Shown in pieces: positions 50,820 through 63,759 of a stretch of DNA of 64,000 bases; the first letter of the stretch is position 1; every line of letters begins with the position of its first letter. A model generated the notes under the pieces. It did no database searches. It saw only the letters and a list, made by a program, of their open reading frames with translations, and had not been told where the DNA came from. The position numbers were made by a program, and so were the translations under genes. The DNA comes from Podarcis erhardii (Eukaryota): the NCBI GenBank assembly GCA_964252035.1, contig OZ176205.1; one strand, given 5' to 3'.

Positions 50820-52025
50820 CTACAGAGAGAAAAAAAGCAGTGTGTTATAAGAGAGACTATGAGACACCTTTCCACATTCTCCAGAGTTCCCTGTAGTTTA
50901 GCCTTATGAGTAGGCACAACTCATCACTAACTAGAAGACTGACAGGCTATGACCACTTGAAAGAAATTTCGTAGGTGACAATGCTGAAAAGTTATCAGTG
51001 AAAACCATTTGCAAGCAGTTCTGATATTTGTTTCTTAAGAAATATATAGTTTATACTGGTAGAAAAATTGTGCTTTTTTGCCTTAGGATTAGCATCTAGT
51101 CACTGTAATCAGAATCACTGAATGGAGGGGAGAAGAGAAACCAGATGTTCTATTGCTCAAGGAGATTTCCATTGTGCCAGCGGTTGAATAGCACTGGATG
51201 CCAAACTAAGTTTGTACATTTTCTGAGCTAAGTAAAGAATACCAATAGATAACTCTGCAGTTATTATTTCAGCTGTTTGAAATTCATCTTTTAAGCTGCA
51301 CAATCACTGAATGGTTACGGAGCACACTTTTTGCTTCGAAGAAAAAAAAATCACCTTGCATACAAAGGATTTAAATGTGGCATGCTTTACAGATGCACAA
51401 TCAAACACTGAAAAGCCCAATCATCTTAATTCTATTAAATTATAAATAGTATTGAGAGGGTGGTACAGAAATATTTATCACACAATCATTACTTAAACAC
51501 AGGGTTATTCAATTAAACCGAATGGCAGCACATTAAATGCAAAATTGTCTTGTTGAATTTATTACAAGTGGTCTATCCAAATATATTAACCACAATAACT
51601 AAATTAAGCCTTCACTTACAGTATTCTCTGTCTATGACAATGTGGAATCTAACCTGAACTGTATCTTGCAGGATTGTATGAAAAACTGCACATGGGATTA
51701 ACTGTTAACAAAGTATTTCTCTATGAATTTCCAGGCCTTTCTCCCCTTGCTGATTTCAAATGAACAAACTTGGTATCAGTGTACTTCTTGCTATTGATCC
51801 ATCAAGCACAACAGAAGGATATAGAGGGTTAACACTCAAGCATACAGAAGCTCTGACATGAATGACCCAAAGCAGATCATATAGCACTTTCAGTCCCTAT
51901 CAAATGGTGACATACGTGACATCACATACAACTGGTAGAAACAGAACTTCAAGCCAAAATACTTGTCAGGTTTCTTTTTGTTAATTGGAGATTGGCTAGA
52001 GAAATCCCAATGCTTTGATACTTAC

Positions 52026-52135
52026 TAATTTCTATGAACAGTTCATTTATGTTTATTGCATTTTTTGCACTGGTCTCTACAAATATTGCGTGGATGGAAT
52101 CTGCATAGTCTTTAGCATCTTTTTCCATGACTTCC
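52026..52135 (-). CDS. RAB22A: RAB22A coding exon 6 (EVMEKDAKDYADSIHAIFVETSAKNAININELFIEI)
   Basis: TAG acceptor, GTAAGT donor, 110 nt; ETSAK G5 motif; embedded in ORF 51949..52176. Confidence 0.97.
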
Positions 52136-53067
52136 CTAAGGAGAAGAGAGAGAATAGTATAAACAAGCCATACCAATTTTTAGAAAAGAAAAAGTAGGTG
52201 CAATTCAATACAGGATTAAAATCTCTATCAACAACTAATCTAAACCATGCTTAAGACTATGTACTTGGGAAACATGCTAATAAAACCAAAGATTTTAGTA
52301 TTTTAACTTTTTGCATGTTTTTAAGTATTGTAATCTTCTTGAATTTATTGTTCTATATTTTTGTAAATCACTTTGAGGTCCCCTCCCCCTTACAATCAAG
52401 CAGAGTATTCATTTATGAAATAAGTAAGATTCCTATATAACTTAAGTCCAGGTGTGAGCACAGCCTCCATTAACACTTTCCCCTCAAATTTCACACCTGG
52501 AGCATAAACTTTGTTTCCAACATTACCAAACCATTAGAGGAGTTAATTCAGAAGGAGGACAGAATGGTTAGAGACATTGCAACCACCCACGATTGCACTG
52601 GGGCTCACAGCCAAGTTCTCTAACATAAGCTTTACATTGTTGTAGATATTCAAAGGCAACCCTATTCTATCAGCAACTTGTCTGTCTTCCCTTACCCAGT
52701 TACATCAGTCCAGAGCTATTGTCTCAGGCACCTTTTTCTCTAGCCTCCCTTTCCCAAGAGATCTAATATCTTAATCTTAAGATCTTAATATGGTGCCTGC
52801 CTCCTGCCACCCTAGCTTGTTCATTCTAGATGCAGCCCACACAGCACCCCCTCCAGGGCTTCCATCTCTGAGCCACAGGCGGCAAGAGTAAAATTCATGT
52901 TGTGAGCCAGTTTCCTTCCCTGCTAGACTTTAATAATCTTGAGAATGTACCTGGTTCAATAGTCAGCAATTTATAAAACCCAAGAGTCTCAAAATATTTC
53001 TGAAAATTTCTAACTACAAAGAATGACCGCAATAGCAGGCAGCGATATAAGATGAGGGTTAATTTAC

Positions 53068-53174
53068 CTTACATCGTTAAGATCACATTTATTTCCAGCA
53101 ATAGCAACAACAATATTGGGAGGTCCATGCTGTCGAAGTTCTTTCACCCAGTTCTTTAATGTTGAAAATGTTTC
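53068..53174 (-). CDS. RAB22A: RAB22A coding exon 5 (ETFSTLKNWVKELRQHGPPNIVVAIAGNKCDLNDVR)
   Basis: TAG acceptor, GTAAAT donor, 107 nt; GNKCD G4 motif. Confidence 0.97.
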
Positions 53175-53257
53175 CTATGATTAAAGTGATGGAATTAGCA
53201 AGCATGTTAACTATTGCCAATAGATAACTTTTTTTTGCAAAAAAATATTTTGGTTAC

Positions 53258-53329
53258 CTCTTTTGTGATGTCATAAACTATAATAGCTGCTGCAGAACCT
53301 CGGTAGTACATCGGTGCTAGAGCACGGAA
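53258..53329 (-). CDS. RAB22A: RAB22A coding exon 4 (FRALAPMYYRGSAAAIIVYDITKE)
   Basis: CAG acceptor, GTAACC donor, 72 nt; Rab YYRGS motif. Confidence 0.97.
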
Positions 53330-53483
53330 CTGCAAAGAGAAGAAATATGTAAAAAAGGCTCCTGGGTCATATTAAAGGTCATACGGTAAAAAACAACTTA
53401 GGTCTGGGACAAATGACATGAATGCCTCATAAAGAATGAATTGTACTTATTGTCACATTTTTATTTTACCCTTCCGTCAAGCT

Positions 53484-53640
53484 CAGTATAGTGTGCATGA
53501 CTCCCCCTCCTATTGTATCTTCACAACAACCCAGGGTAGGCAGAGAGAGAAAGTGACTAGCTCATGGTGATTCAGCAGGATTCAAAGCTAAGTGGTTATT
53601 CAAACTCAGATCTCTCTAGTCCTAGTGGAACACAACAGGT
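53484..53640. mobile_element. Old MIR/CORE-like SINE fragment
   Basis: ATCTTCACAACAACCCAGGGTAGG...AAGTGACTAGCTCATGGTGA...TTCAAACTCAGATCTC resembles the MIR-like CCTCACAACAACCCTGTGAGGTAGG motif. Confidence 0.5.
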
Positions 53641-54251
53641 GGTTAACCCACAGCCTGCACGTGGCAGCAAAAAATTGCTTAGCAGCATGAGGTTAGTGAT
53701 TTTTCAGCCACCCGGCAAATTGGGTAAGGTAGGAAGTATATGTGTGTGTGAGTGAGAGAGAGCAAGAAATAGAAGGGTCCTGTCCACCACCAGTGCCACT
53801 GCCATGTGTGGGACTTTGGGGCAATGAAATTGCCCAACTGTGCTCTACTCGCTATGCCACATAACTCTGAGCCATAACAGAAACCTCAGCCAGCATTCGT
53901 ATACTGAGGAAGGTGCGTAGAGAGGGGCGGCAAGGAGTAGATCTCTGCCTTGTGTCATATCCAACGATGCCTTAGAAAGCAAAACATGAATACTTTATAC
54001 TATCTGCGATAGTGAAGTTAAACTATACAATGGTAGTTAAGCAGAACCATTTACTTTAAAGTTAAGAGCCCAGGAACAAAGGCTGGATACCATTTAAACA
54101 AAGAAGCTTTCCCCATCCATGTTTCAAGCTCTCACTTGTCATTTTGCAAATGTTCTTACCATTTATTTATTTTTTGAATTTGAACTTGGACGTATCCAAG
54201 AGCACACCTTTGAGCCATGCTTACACTCCCCCACTACCATCTTTTTGTATA

Positions 54252-54597
54252 CAGTGGTGTCTCGCAAGCCGAAAAGAATCCGTTCCGCGATTCTCTTCGT
54301 CTAGCGGTTTTTTCGTCTTGCGAAGCAAGCCCATTGACAGTTTAGCGGATTAGCGCTATTAGCGGTCTAGCAGCTTTTAGCGATCAGCTGTTAAGTGGCT
54401 TATCAGCGGAACAGCTGATAAGCGGCTTAGGAAAGGGGGGGAAAGCGAAAAAAACGCGCGGGAACTCGCAAGATTTTTTCATCTTGCGAAGAAACCCCAT
54501 AGAGAAATTCGTTTAGCGAAGTGCCTCCAAAACAGAAAACCCTTTCGTCTAGCAGGTTTTCCGTCTTGCGAGGCGTTCGTCTTGCGGGGCACCACTG
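54252..54597. mobile_element. Family-B MITE in RAB22A intron 3
   Basis: TIRs, TA flanks, TTAGCGG-type tandem core. Confidence 0.85.
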
Positions 54598-55734
54598 TAC
54601 TCAATCCTGAATACTGAAATGCCATCTCTGCAGCATGAGCCATGACATGGAGTGCATAGAGCTGTTTTTTTTTTTTTTAATCAATCTGTGAAGCTGCTCT
54701 CAGTAAAGGAGTAGAGCCATGAAGCAACTGGTATCTTCACTAGAGCTGTATGAACAGTTGCTTTCTTACTATTTGTAAGCCTTTAACAGTGTACACAGAC
54801 ACTGTGCATATGTGATGTGTAAACTTCAAACACCATTTTGAAACCTTAAAATAGTTTACGACAGCACTGGCATTTATAAGTAAAGGTGTTGTTCGTGAAA
54901 CTCATGAAGCAAACCTAAGTTTTCCTAGTTATGAAAGCTCACATAACAAGTGTCCATGCTGCTTTGTAAGCCATATGTATTCTGACTCAGCAAGTGCGCA
55001 GAGCACCTATAGAGGGACAGCATAAAATAGGAGTACAAGATATTGCGTCAGGGCTCAGTGACTCATCCTAGCTGGACACAGGATAGCACTCTTATAGCCA
55101 GGTATAGATCCTAATGCCTGTCCCTGGTCCTCAGTATAACATTCATCATCAAACATATTGCACATTTCAGCATGAGCTTTTATAAGCCACCCACTCCAAG
55201 GGTTAAAAACAGAGTGCTGAATGTGGCGACAGAGAAGCAGTAAAAGTCTGCTCTTCGTTCCTAATGTAAGTCCTCCCCTCCACACACATACTGTCCATCA
55301 CAATAATGGGCATTTTGCTAGTACAGTTAGGGAAACTGCATATCACATTAACTGGAACATGGAAGATATTAATTTGCACTTCCCTTTGTGTTCTGGTAAA
55401 TCTAAACTCTAGGAGAACAAGCTCTAGAATGCATTATTTAAGTTGATGCTCAATTAACAGGAAGAAAGAGAAAAGATTTCGTAACTAAATTCATGTTTCA
55501 GACTTACTGCAAGCATGGCGACTAATAAAAAGTAGTCGACGGAAACACCAAGCTACTTACAACAACAGCAAGCAACTGTTTCACATCCTAGTAGCTAAAC
55601 TATTTTGAGAGGAGGAGTTCTGGAATACTAGGCACAGGTGTTTTAGAGCATGACAGAAGACCAGACAGAAAGACAGAAAGGCATACAGATAAGCAATTTT
55701 GAGTTGCACCTTTTACTTAGAGAAAGAGAGAATA

Positions 55735-56066
55735 CAGTGGTACCTCGCAAGATGAATGCCTCGTAAGACGAAAAACTCACAAGACGAAAGAGTTTTTCGT
55801 TTTTTGAGTTGCTTCGCAAGACAAATTTCCCTATGGGCTTGCTTCGCAAGATGAAAACGTCTTGCAAGTTTGTTTCCTTTTTCTTAAAACTGTGCATTCA
55901 CTTCGAGGAGCAACTCATAGCACGCGGTGTGGTAGCCTTTTTTGAGGTTTTTGAAGACTTTGGTGATTTTTGAAGCTTTTCCAAAGTCCGTGCTTCGCAA
56001 GACGAAAAAATCGCAAGACGAAAAAACTTGCAGAATAAATTAATTTCGTCTTGCGAGGTACCACTG
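55735..56066. mobile_element. Family-B MITE in RAB22A intron 3
   Basis: TIR CAGTGGTACCTCGCAAGA, TA flanks. Confidence 0.85.
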
Positions 56067-56871
56067 TACTCTTGTTCGAAAGGGATTACGCTGGGTAGAA
56101 AATGAAGCTGGCAATTCTTTTGAAAAATAATTAGAAGCTCAGTGAAGGCAAGGCTTCATCCATAACAGACTAGTGAGAAATGCACAGGAAAGCCGATAAA
56201 GGAATAAACTCAAAATCTGCAGCAAAGCAACTAAAGATGTACTTCATAGAGGTGGTTTTAATGTGAAGTCAGTACCCAGTATGGCCTTTCAGGAAACAGA
56301 GAACTGGATATTACGTAATGTGGATTAATTGTGAGGCAATTGTTTCCTTGTTCTCTGATTTCTCTCTTGGAATTAGATTCGTTCTGGCCAAGGCTTTGAT
56401 CACCGGCTGGAGTGGTAGGCAAAGGCTGTGGCCTGTCACCATCCCAATAAGCCCTATAACGTTTTCTTCTTTGTTATACCATGCTGTAGGGTAAAGGGAG
56501 AAGACTGCAGTGCTGAGTCAGAGCACTGACAAAGGATCATGTTATTTCCATTGCAAAAGTTGCAAGTTTTACTCCAAGAGTAAAAATAGAAAAGAGGATA
56601 TGCTTTTTCCTCTCTTGAAAGTACTGCACAATCTGAGACAATTAGTTAACAGTTGACATGTAGCTGGTTTGATATAAAGGGTACAAAGCCTGTGTTCTTG
56701 TACTGCTTAAAGAGAATAAAAACAAAACTGAAGAGTTTCAGTATTAAATGAAAATCCTCTGCCAAGCAGCTATTGGCCAAATGTTTGATTCCTCAGAAGC
56801 CGAAAAAAGAAAAAGAAAAGCCATTCAAAGGAAGTCACCCAATATCTGAAGTGCACATTTTGTTTCAGGTA

Positions 56872-57097
56872 CAGTGGAACCTTGGTTTTCAAATGTAAAC
56901 CATTCTGGAAGACTGTTTGACTTCCGAAATGTTCAAAAACTGAGGATCAATGAGCTGGCTGCAAAGTCAATGGGGAAAATGGAAAATGCGCCTTGGAAGC
57001 TGTTTGAATTCCAAGGTGTGTTTGAAAAACGGAAGCAATTACTTCAGGGTTTTCGATGTTTGGGTTCTGAACTGTTCGGATTCCATGACGCTCGAAA
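56872..57097. mobile_element. Degenerate Tigger-like MITE (family D)
   Basis: TACAGTGGAACCTTGGTTTTCAAA start with repeated TTCGAAAACC-like motifs; right end lost. Confidence 0.55.
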
Positions 57098-57972
57098 ACC
57101 AATAGTCTGACTCAGTAGAAGGCAGCTTCCTATGTTCCTAAGAAAGCTAACAGCTGACTGGGTATGGAGTCAGGGGCTGGGGGGAGGGGAGGGGATTTAA
57201 GAGGCAGCACATACTAGCAAGACAGAACGCCTTATGGAAACAGGACAGGTTAAGGAGTGAGGACATGGTATTGCAGATCTTCAGTTGGATGTGGTGGGTG
57301 GTGGAAAGAATGTCCCATCTCTACCTTCCAGTCCAACAAAATGGTTTGTGAGAGGCTTATGCTTGCCACCAACAACTGCCCTTGATTTTTAACACTTCCA
57401 TGAAAGTGAAAGCTCTACCAATAATGTGTCAAATGATAAAGCTTGAAATGCAGAACGTTCAAGATCCCATTGTATGCAAAAATATATACCCTACATTACT
57501 TTCAAGCTCTTGTCAGTCATAGAAAATTTTAAAAAATATATAGTTATGCAAGTCAGAAAATTGGCTTCCAAATTAGTTTAATGCAGGATCATTCCACCAC
57601 AGGAACACAGATCATTAACTATGTATTAAAGGCTTAATTGCTGCCTATCACCTTTTCCTGTACATTACAATATGCATGCATCTCAAACAATCTATCATGT
57701 CACTTTCCTGATCTGAGAAACCAGCCATGCTGAATTATAAACAAAATCTTTTAATCCTTGGAATGAATCATATATTTAAAATTTCATAAGAAGTAGACAA
57801 ATTTAAATCTAGAATGTACAATGTATGACTCCAGGCTTTATCTCAATATACAACTTCTTGTTGGGGTAATCAGAGGAACATGTATTATAGCCATCCATGG
57901 CACATTAATAAAGGCTTTATAATGTTTCATCACAACTTTTTGCAAATAAAAAGTAATGGGTTATCTACTTAC

Positions 57973-58054
57973 TCGTTCTTGCCCTGCTGTATCCCATATT
58001 AGGAATTTATGCAACTCATTCTGATACTGCACTGTCTTTGTCATAAAAGATGCT
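57973..58054 (-). CDS. RAB22A: RAB22A coding exon 3 (ASFMTKTVQYQNELHKFLIWDTAGQER)
   Basis: CAG acceptor, GTAAGT donor, 82 nt; contains the WDTAGQE G3 motif. Confidence 0.97.
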
Positions 58055-59399
58055 CTGAAAAATATTTAATACATAAACGTATGAGAAAATCCACCACCTT
58101 ATAACCTTCCCCATTCATAAATATTAAGGATCATATTAATTCCATTGTACAGAATCCAGATAGGTACAACCCTCACATGCTGGCTACATAGATCCATTAT
58201 TTTAGACATGGAAGGAATAAAGTTTGTACATTTTATCTTTTCTCTATCTACTGATAAAAAAGCATTTATTTAGACAGGAAAATGCTGCAGGCAACAACAA
58301 TCCAATTGCACCTTAGAAGGGCTAGTGTAAGAAGATAAGCTAGATTACTCTCTTTTGGATCGTTGAGACAAACAAAATCAATTTGGTTTCAACAACAAGA
58401 GGTCACAAACTGTACAAGAAAGTGAATAGCTGCACGCTTAAAACGTAACCTTGCTGTTGTGATAAATCTACAAGGATGGTGGCTGCGGTAGGGGAGAGTC
58501 AGGGATTGAAGCTTGAGGATTTCCTTAACGGTCTTCTTAACCCCCCCCCCCCCAATTCAGGCACTACACATTGTGCACTGAAACTGTAAAAGCCCCTCTA
58601 CACCTTTTGTCTACTAATACAAAATGTTCATTTTATGAAATGTAAAATAGTTTATTTGCAAAATCAAGGTGGGCAGTCATCCTACATGAGTCAAGAACAA
58701 TAGCCTAAGCTGTAAAAACAGTCGGTTTCATGTTTAGAGGGACCAACTTTTCTACATCACAAATCCACTTACACCGATCTAAAAGAGTGATATGTGAAAT
58801 GAAAGGAGTCTCAAATAAAAAGCGGAGCTTTTTGAATTCATTGATGCTATCAGATGGAGGAAAATACAAACTGCTGTGAACTCCATTCTTGATCTGCTCA
58901 GGATTGTTTACTATTTAGAAGCCACTTTGAAAATTAATATTTTACTTGATACACTGGCCATTTTTTTTAAAAAAAGGAATGAAACTAAAAGTTGTAATTC
59001 TACATGATTCAGGTTCTGCATATCTATGAAAACTGTGACACATTTACTCAGACAGCATCTCAGTATTAATGGCTGCTAGCCAAGAAGGCAAAGTAGATAG
59101 CTTTAGAAATGGATGTGGATCCAACTGCCTTTGTGGAAATGGAATTGCCAGATGCCACCCCCCACCCCCGTTTCCCAGCTGCAAACTAAAAAAACTCACA
59201 GGGTTGTTCTAAGAAAAAGAAAAGAGCTGCTGATTCTACTGAAAAATATCTATACAATTAATTGTGGACGACACTCTTTTAATAAAAGCTAAAGTGGCTT
59301 AAACAAATGCTTAATCTTCTCCCAACTGGGCTGCCGCTAAATTTTCCCCGTGGTCTCAGGCAAGTTTGTAAGTCATGTAGGAATAGTGCTGGAACTGTA

Positions 59400-59617
59400 C
59401 AGTGGTACCTCAGGTTAAGTACATAATTCGTTCCGGAGGTCCGTACTTAACCTGAAATTGTTCTTAACCTAAAGCACCACTTTAGCTAATGGGGCCTCCC
59501 GCTGCCGCGGGAGCACGATTTCTGTTCTCATCCTGAAGCAAAGTTCTTAACCTGAAGCACTATTTCTGGGTTAGCGGAGTCTGTAACCTGAAGTGTATGT
59601 AACCCGAGGTACCACTG
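59400..59617. mobile_element. Tigger/pogo-like MITE, family A
   Basis: As 5057; TA flanks. Confidence 0.85.
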
Positions 59618-59805
59618 TACTCTCAATCTCTTAACTGTGGTGAAAAAGGGTTCAGCATTAGATCAGTACTGGTCCCAGATTACTGACTTCTACTTTCCTA
59701 CTTATCTGCCATGGAACACACAGTTTACTTGGATTTTAGCATTTGCATCAAACTTTATACTCCTACATGAGACGTTTCTATGCACAAAGTTCCTACATTG
59801 AACTG

Positions 59806-59956
59806 AGCTGGGATAGGATAGCCCAGTTGGCAAAGCACAAGACTCGTAATCTCAGGGTTGTGGGTTTGAGTCCTACATTGGGCAAAAGATTCCTGCATTG
59901 CAGGGGGTTGGACTAGATGATCCTTGAAGTCCCTTCCAACTCTACATTCTATGATT
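59806..59956 (+). mobile_element. SINE-like retroposon: tRNA-Lys(CTT)-like head + CR1-type tail
   Basis: AGACTCGTAATCTCAGGGTTGTGGGTTTGAGTCCTACATTGGGC resembles tRNA-Lys-CTT; followed by AAAAGATTCCTGCATTGCAGGGGGTTGGACTAGATGA...TTCCAACTCTACATTCTATGATT. Confidence 0.78.
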
Positions 59957-60008
59957 ATATGTTTAGTGCTTTATCTCCCTAAGTTGTTAGTTTCGTTCAC
60001 TGTCTCAC

Positions 60009-60088
60009 CCAATTGTTGGATTGATGTTGGGATCAAAGCTGTCTTCTACAAAGCGCCACACAATGCTTGACTTGCCCACACCAGTGTC
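60009..60088 (-). CDS. RAB22A: RAB22A coding exon 2 (DTGVGKSSIVWRFVEDSFDPNINPTIG)
   Basis: CAG acceptor, GTGAGA donor, 80 nt; completes the P-loop GDTGVGKS. Not in the ORF track; read by hand. Confidence 0.97.
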
Positions 60089-61911
60089 CTGAAAGTAAAA
60101 TCAGACAGACAATTTAAAGACCATTTAGGCATTGATAGTAGAACTTAAGTGATTTTTGAAGCAATTGCAGTACAACCCTAAATTTTGATGAAATGGTAGT
60201 TTCCTTTCTCCTCAATGTTGATATTGTGAAAAATAAAATAAAAAGTATTACAACAAGTAAATAGATATGTTTAAACCTAAACTAAGCTGTTACGATTCAA
60301 ACATGTATAGGAAATAATCAAGAACTCAATCTCACATTTTAAGGTAGTAGCTAGAAGTTATTTTCCTCTCCTGAACTATGGGGTATTACAATACTTAGTT
60401 TTACTAGAATGAACTCGGCAGAACATTTCCTTCCAACTTATCATACGATTGTAATGTGCCTGAATGGTTCCACGACCACTCCCTATAATATAAATGTGCC
60501 ACAAACAGAAAGGAGTGAACAACTTCCCTGCCCGATAGATGGTGTAGTTTGGGTAAAAGCTATGCAACTCCAGCAACTAAGTTGAACAACACATTGAAAT
60601 GAAGGGTGATCCTTCTCCAATTAACTATCTATATGAGGGAGGTAATGTGAAAAAGAAAATTAACCATAAGATAAATTATTATTTATAGCCAGAGAATGAA
60701 ACAAAGCTTCAAATATTGCTGACTTCCGGGCAAAAGAACTCCCCACATTTGATTTCCAGCTGCATCAGTCTGAGATAGTCTATGAATCAGCAAATGGCAA
60801 TCCCTGCTCCAAATCAAGCCAACTGAAATGTGCTGCCTGGCCTCCCCAGGCTAGTTAAAAAGTAGTGTGAAGAGACAGATCTTGCCAGAAAGTTATCCCT
60901 CCTTTTCTCAGGTGGCCCACTGATAAGACAAGTTGTGGACAAGGGCTCCAGAACAGAAATGGCGAACTTTGATATAAATCTGTTTAAGTGTCATACAACT
61001 GTTTTTCTGTTTGTTGTAACAAAAAGTTAGTCCTCTTGAATTTACCTATGTTAACTTTGCTTAATAAAATCCTCCCTTTTTTTACTTGACTGAACAGGCA
61101 GTAGCTTTTCAACCTCTGATACAGTTAAACAGTATGGAAAATTTTCAGTTATTTTACAAAAACTTTTCTACTAGTGGAGAAGGGTAAAATGTATCTTAAC
61201 TATGAACAAAGAACACGCCTAAGCTTCCTAAAAAAGCAAACTCAGTCAACCCCAGCCTGCAGCAAAGCAGAATAGCAGATGTACAACCACATCTGCAACC
61301 CTACAGCTTGCATCAGTCCAGGTGGAAGGTGTTTTGCCTTTATTTTTTGGGTAACTGAACTCTAGGCTGGTGCAGCTGAGAATCAGGCCCCTTGTGGGAT
61401 CCATCAGGCTTTGAATCCTATGGATCCAAAGCAGCTGTGCACTTGCCTTGTTTTTTTAAAAAATATGTATGCATTTTCAAATTTTTGTGCTTGCCTTTTT
61501 TTGGGAGCTTTCTGAATGCTAGTGGTAGCTTCCTATAGAGACCTCAGCTCCAGCACTCTGCCCACTGCCTTACCCTAAGCCCCTTCCCCACCACAGATTC
61601 AAGGATTAGGACTGAACTGAAAAATTGCTTGTGAGATAAAGAACTCCATACCTATTGAAAACTGGTCCTCATAATTTTAGGTTTACTATTGTGCACCTAA
61701 GTTTAACACAATACACTGTGAGCTACTTCAAAGTAAGTTCCACTGACATCAGTGAGACTTTCTTCTAAGTGACAAGTATTGAGCTGTAAATATATAACCA
61801 AGTGGTCATTGCCTACTCCAGTCCAACCAATGGCAGTGCTGGATTTTTCTATCCAAGACTGGACAGTATTTTCTACATGGATGCAATACTCATGGATGTT
61901 CAACTGAATAT

Positions 61912-62115
61912 ATGGAAAAACTTTCTGACAGTAAGACCGCTTTGACAGTAGAGCGGTCTCTCACCAGAGGTTGTGGACTCTCCTTCCTTGGAAGCTTTAA
62001 AGCAGAGGTTGTAAGGCCATCTGTCATGGATACTTTAGCTGAGATTCCTGCATTGCAGGGGGTTGGACTAGATGACCCTTGGGTCCCTTCCAACTCTACA
62101 ATTCTGATTCTATGA
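61912..62115 (+). mobile_element. CR1 LINE 3' fragment
   Basis: Same 3' sequence as 36257-36455, ending ATTCTGATTCTATGAT. Confidence 0.85.
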
Positions 62116-63759
62116 TCATATTAAAAAGCCAGCATTAGATAATGCCATGATGCTTCCATGCTTTCAGTGAATGTGCATCACTATGGAAACATTTGCATTT
62201 GCATGTTTAAGAGAAGCAACATTCTCTACTCTATGATGTGTATAACAAACAACTTAAACTCAAAGGTGCTAAACTAGTTGGAGAGTTTCTGCAATGCCTC
62301 TTACTCATACAGCCCCACCCTATTTAATGAAAGGCTATACGTAGTTCCAGTAACACACCTGGAAGAATACTAAGGAGCTATGAACAGACTAGATAGTTTG
62401 AGCTGTTTCTTCTTCAGTACTGTATAAATAAGGACAAAAAAATCAACTAGGCAAAACTCCATAGTTTAAAGCATCACAGCCATGTATGGATCTTAAACGT
62501 ATGCTTATACGGTTTCATTGTGACAAATGGCAAATTTTGAGAGGAAGTGGTTTAAGTCTTGTGGACAGCCTGTGCCATAAAAATCCAATAACATGTCTAA
62601 ACATTCAAGCTACTTAGTAATTCAAGCTACTTAGTAGCCAAAGATTCTGGAACTTGTGAATACTACTGTCAGAAAATATATGAAGAATGTACCTTTTCCA
62701 ACATTCTTAAATTTTAACACTTGTTCGACATATACTACCAACCACAGAATGGATTGAAGGGGAAAAAATAGCAGATGTCAATTTTATCTCATCAAGCCTC
62801 TTTTCTCCATCATATACAGAACAAAGCCTATTTCTGCAAAAAATCAATCAATCAGGAAGAAGGGAAAACACACCCTATGTTTGATTCAATGCTGCAAAAA
62901 AGTATTGTGAAAAGAGGGAAGTCTCTGAAACTTTGGTTTCTATCCTTTCTCCTACTCAGAGAGAAAGTATTTTACAAAGCAATCCTATGCACACCTACTC
63001 AGAAATAAACTGGAGTTAGTCAGATGGAACTTTCTCTCAGGTAAGCATCTAACTATAGGGTTAAATACTTCCTCTCTCTTTTACAGCAAAGGATGTTGTT
63101 TATCCTTAGAAGATGTCAATAGAGGCTTCTTCTGTTTGCTTATTGGATTCCTGTCCCTATGTTTTGAAACTCAAGTTGTGCAACAAACAAACAAACCCAA
63201 GAAGTTTCTTGGTTTTTAACAAGGGGTAGGCGCGGAGACCATCCAGCGAGGAGGATAAAGGGGCAACAGTTTTCATAACTACGAGCAAAATACTTCTCGT
63301 TGGCAGGAAAAACATCACACACACACACACATAAAATGTGTACATCTACTTTGAAGTAAGCCCTATTGAAGGACGTGGGGCTTACACCTGGCTCGGAAAC
63401 GACAAAAGCGGTATCGCAGCGAAACAAAACAGGAATAGCTGCAACCGAGTTCCAACCAATTCAAAGCCACAATCCCAAGGTGGTGGTGGTGAACCTCGTT
63501 GTATCACATTTGGACTTACTTCCGAGTAGACAGGAATGGGATGGTAGACCCCATCTCCCCCGACACCACCCCAACCCCCTGGTAACTATATAGGTTCAGG
63601 CGTGTAGGAAAGCCGCATTTGAAAGCCCCTTTGTGGAAAGTGGGAGCTGATGGAAAGAAGAAAAGGCCAAATTTCCAAACCCTCTTTCTATGGGGATGGG
63701 TGGGTGTGGGTGTGTGTGTGTGCAGGGGGGTGTCAAGGGAGACCCTCGCCACCTCTCCA

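Noticed and set aside
43907-59885. Possible functional tRNA-Ile and tRNA-Lys genes
   Set aside because: B boxes decayed (GGTTTGA), stems mismatched, no T-run terminator, and both are fused to a CR1 tail, so they are treated as SINE heads.
62603-62636. Short tandem duplications (17 bp here; ~15 bp near 23850 and ~13 bp near 24470)
   Set aside because: Ordinary slippage duplications with two units only.
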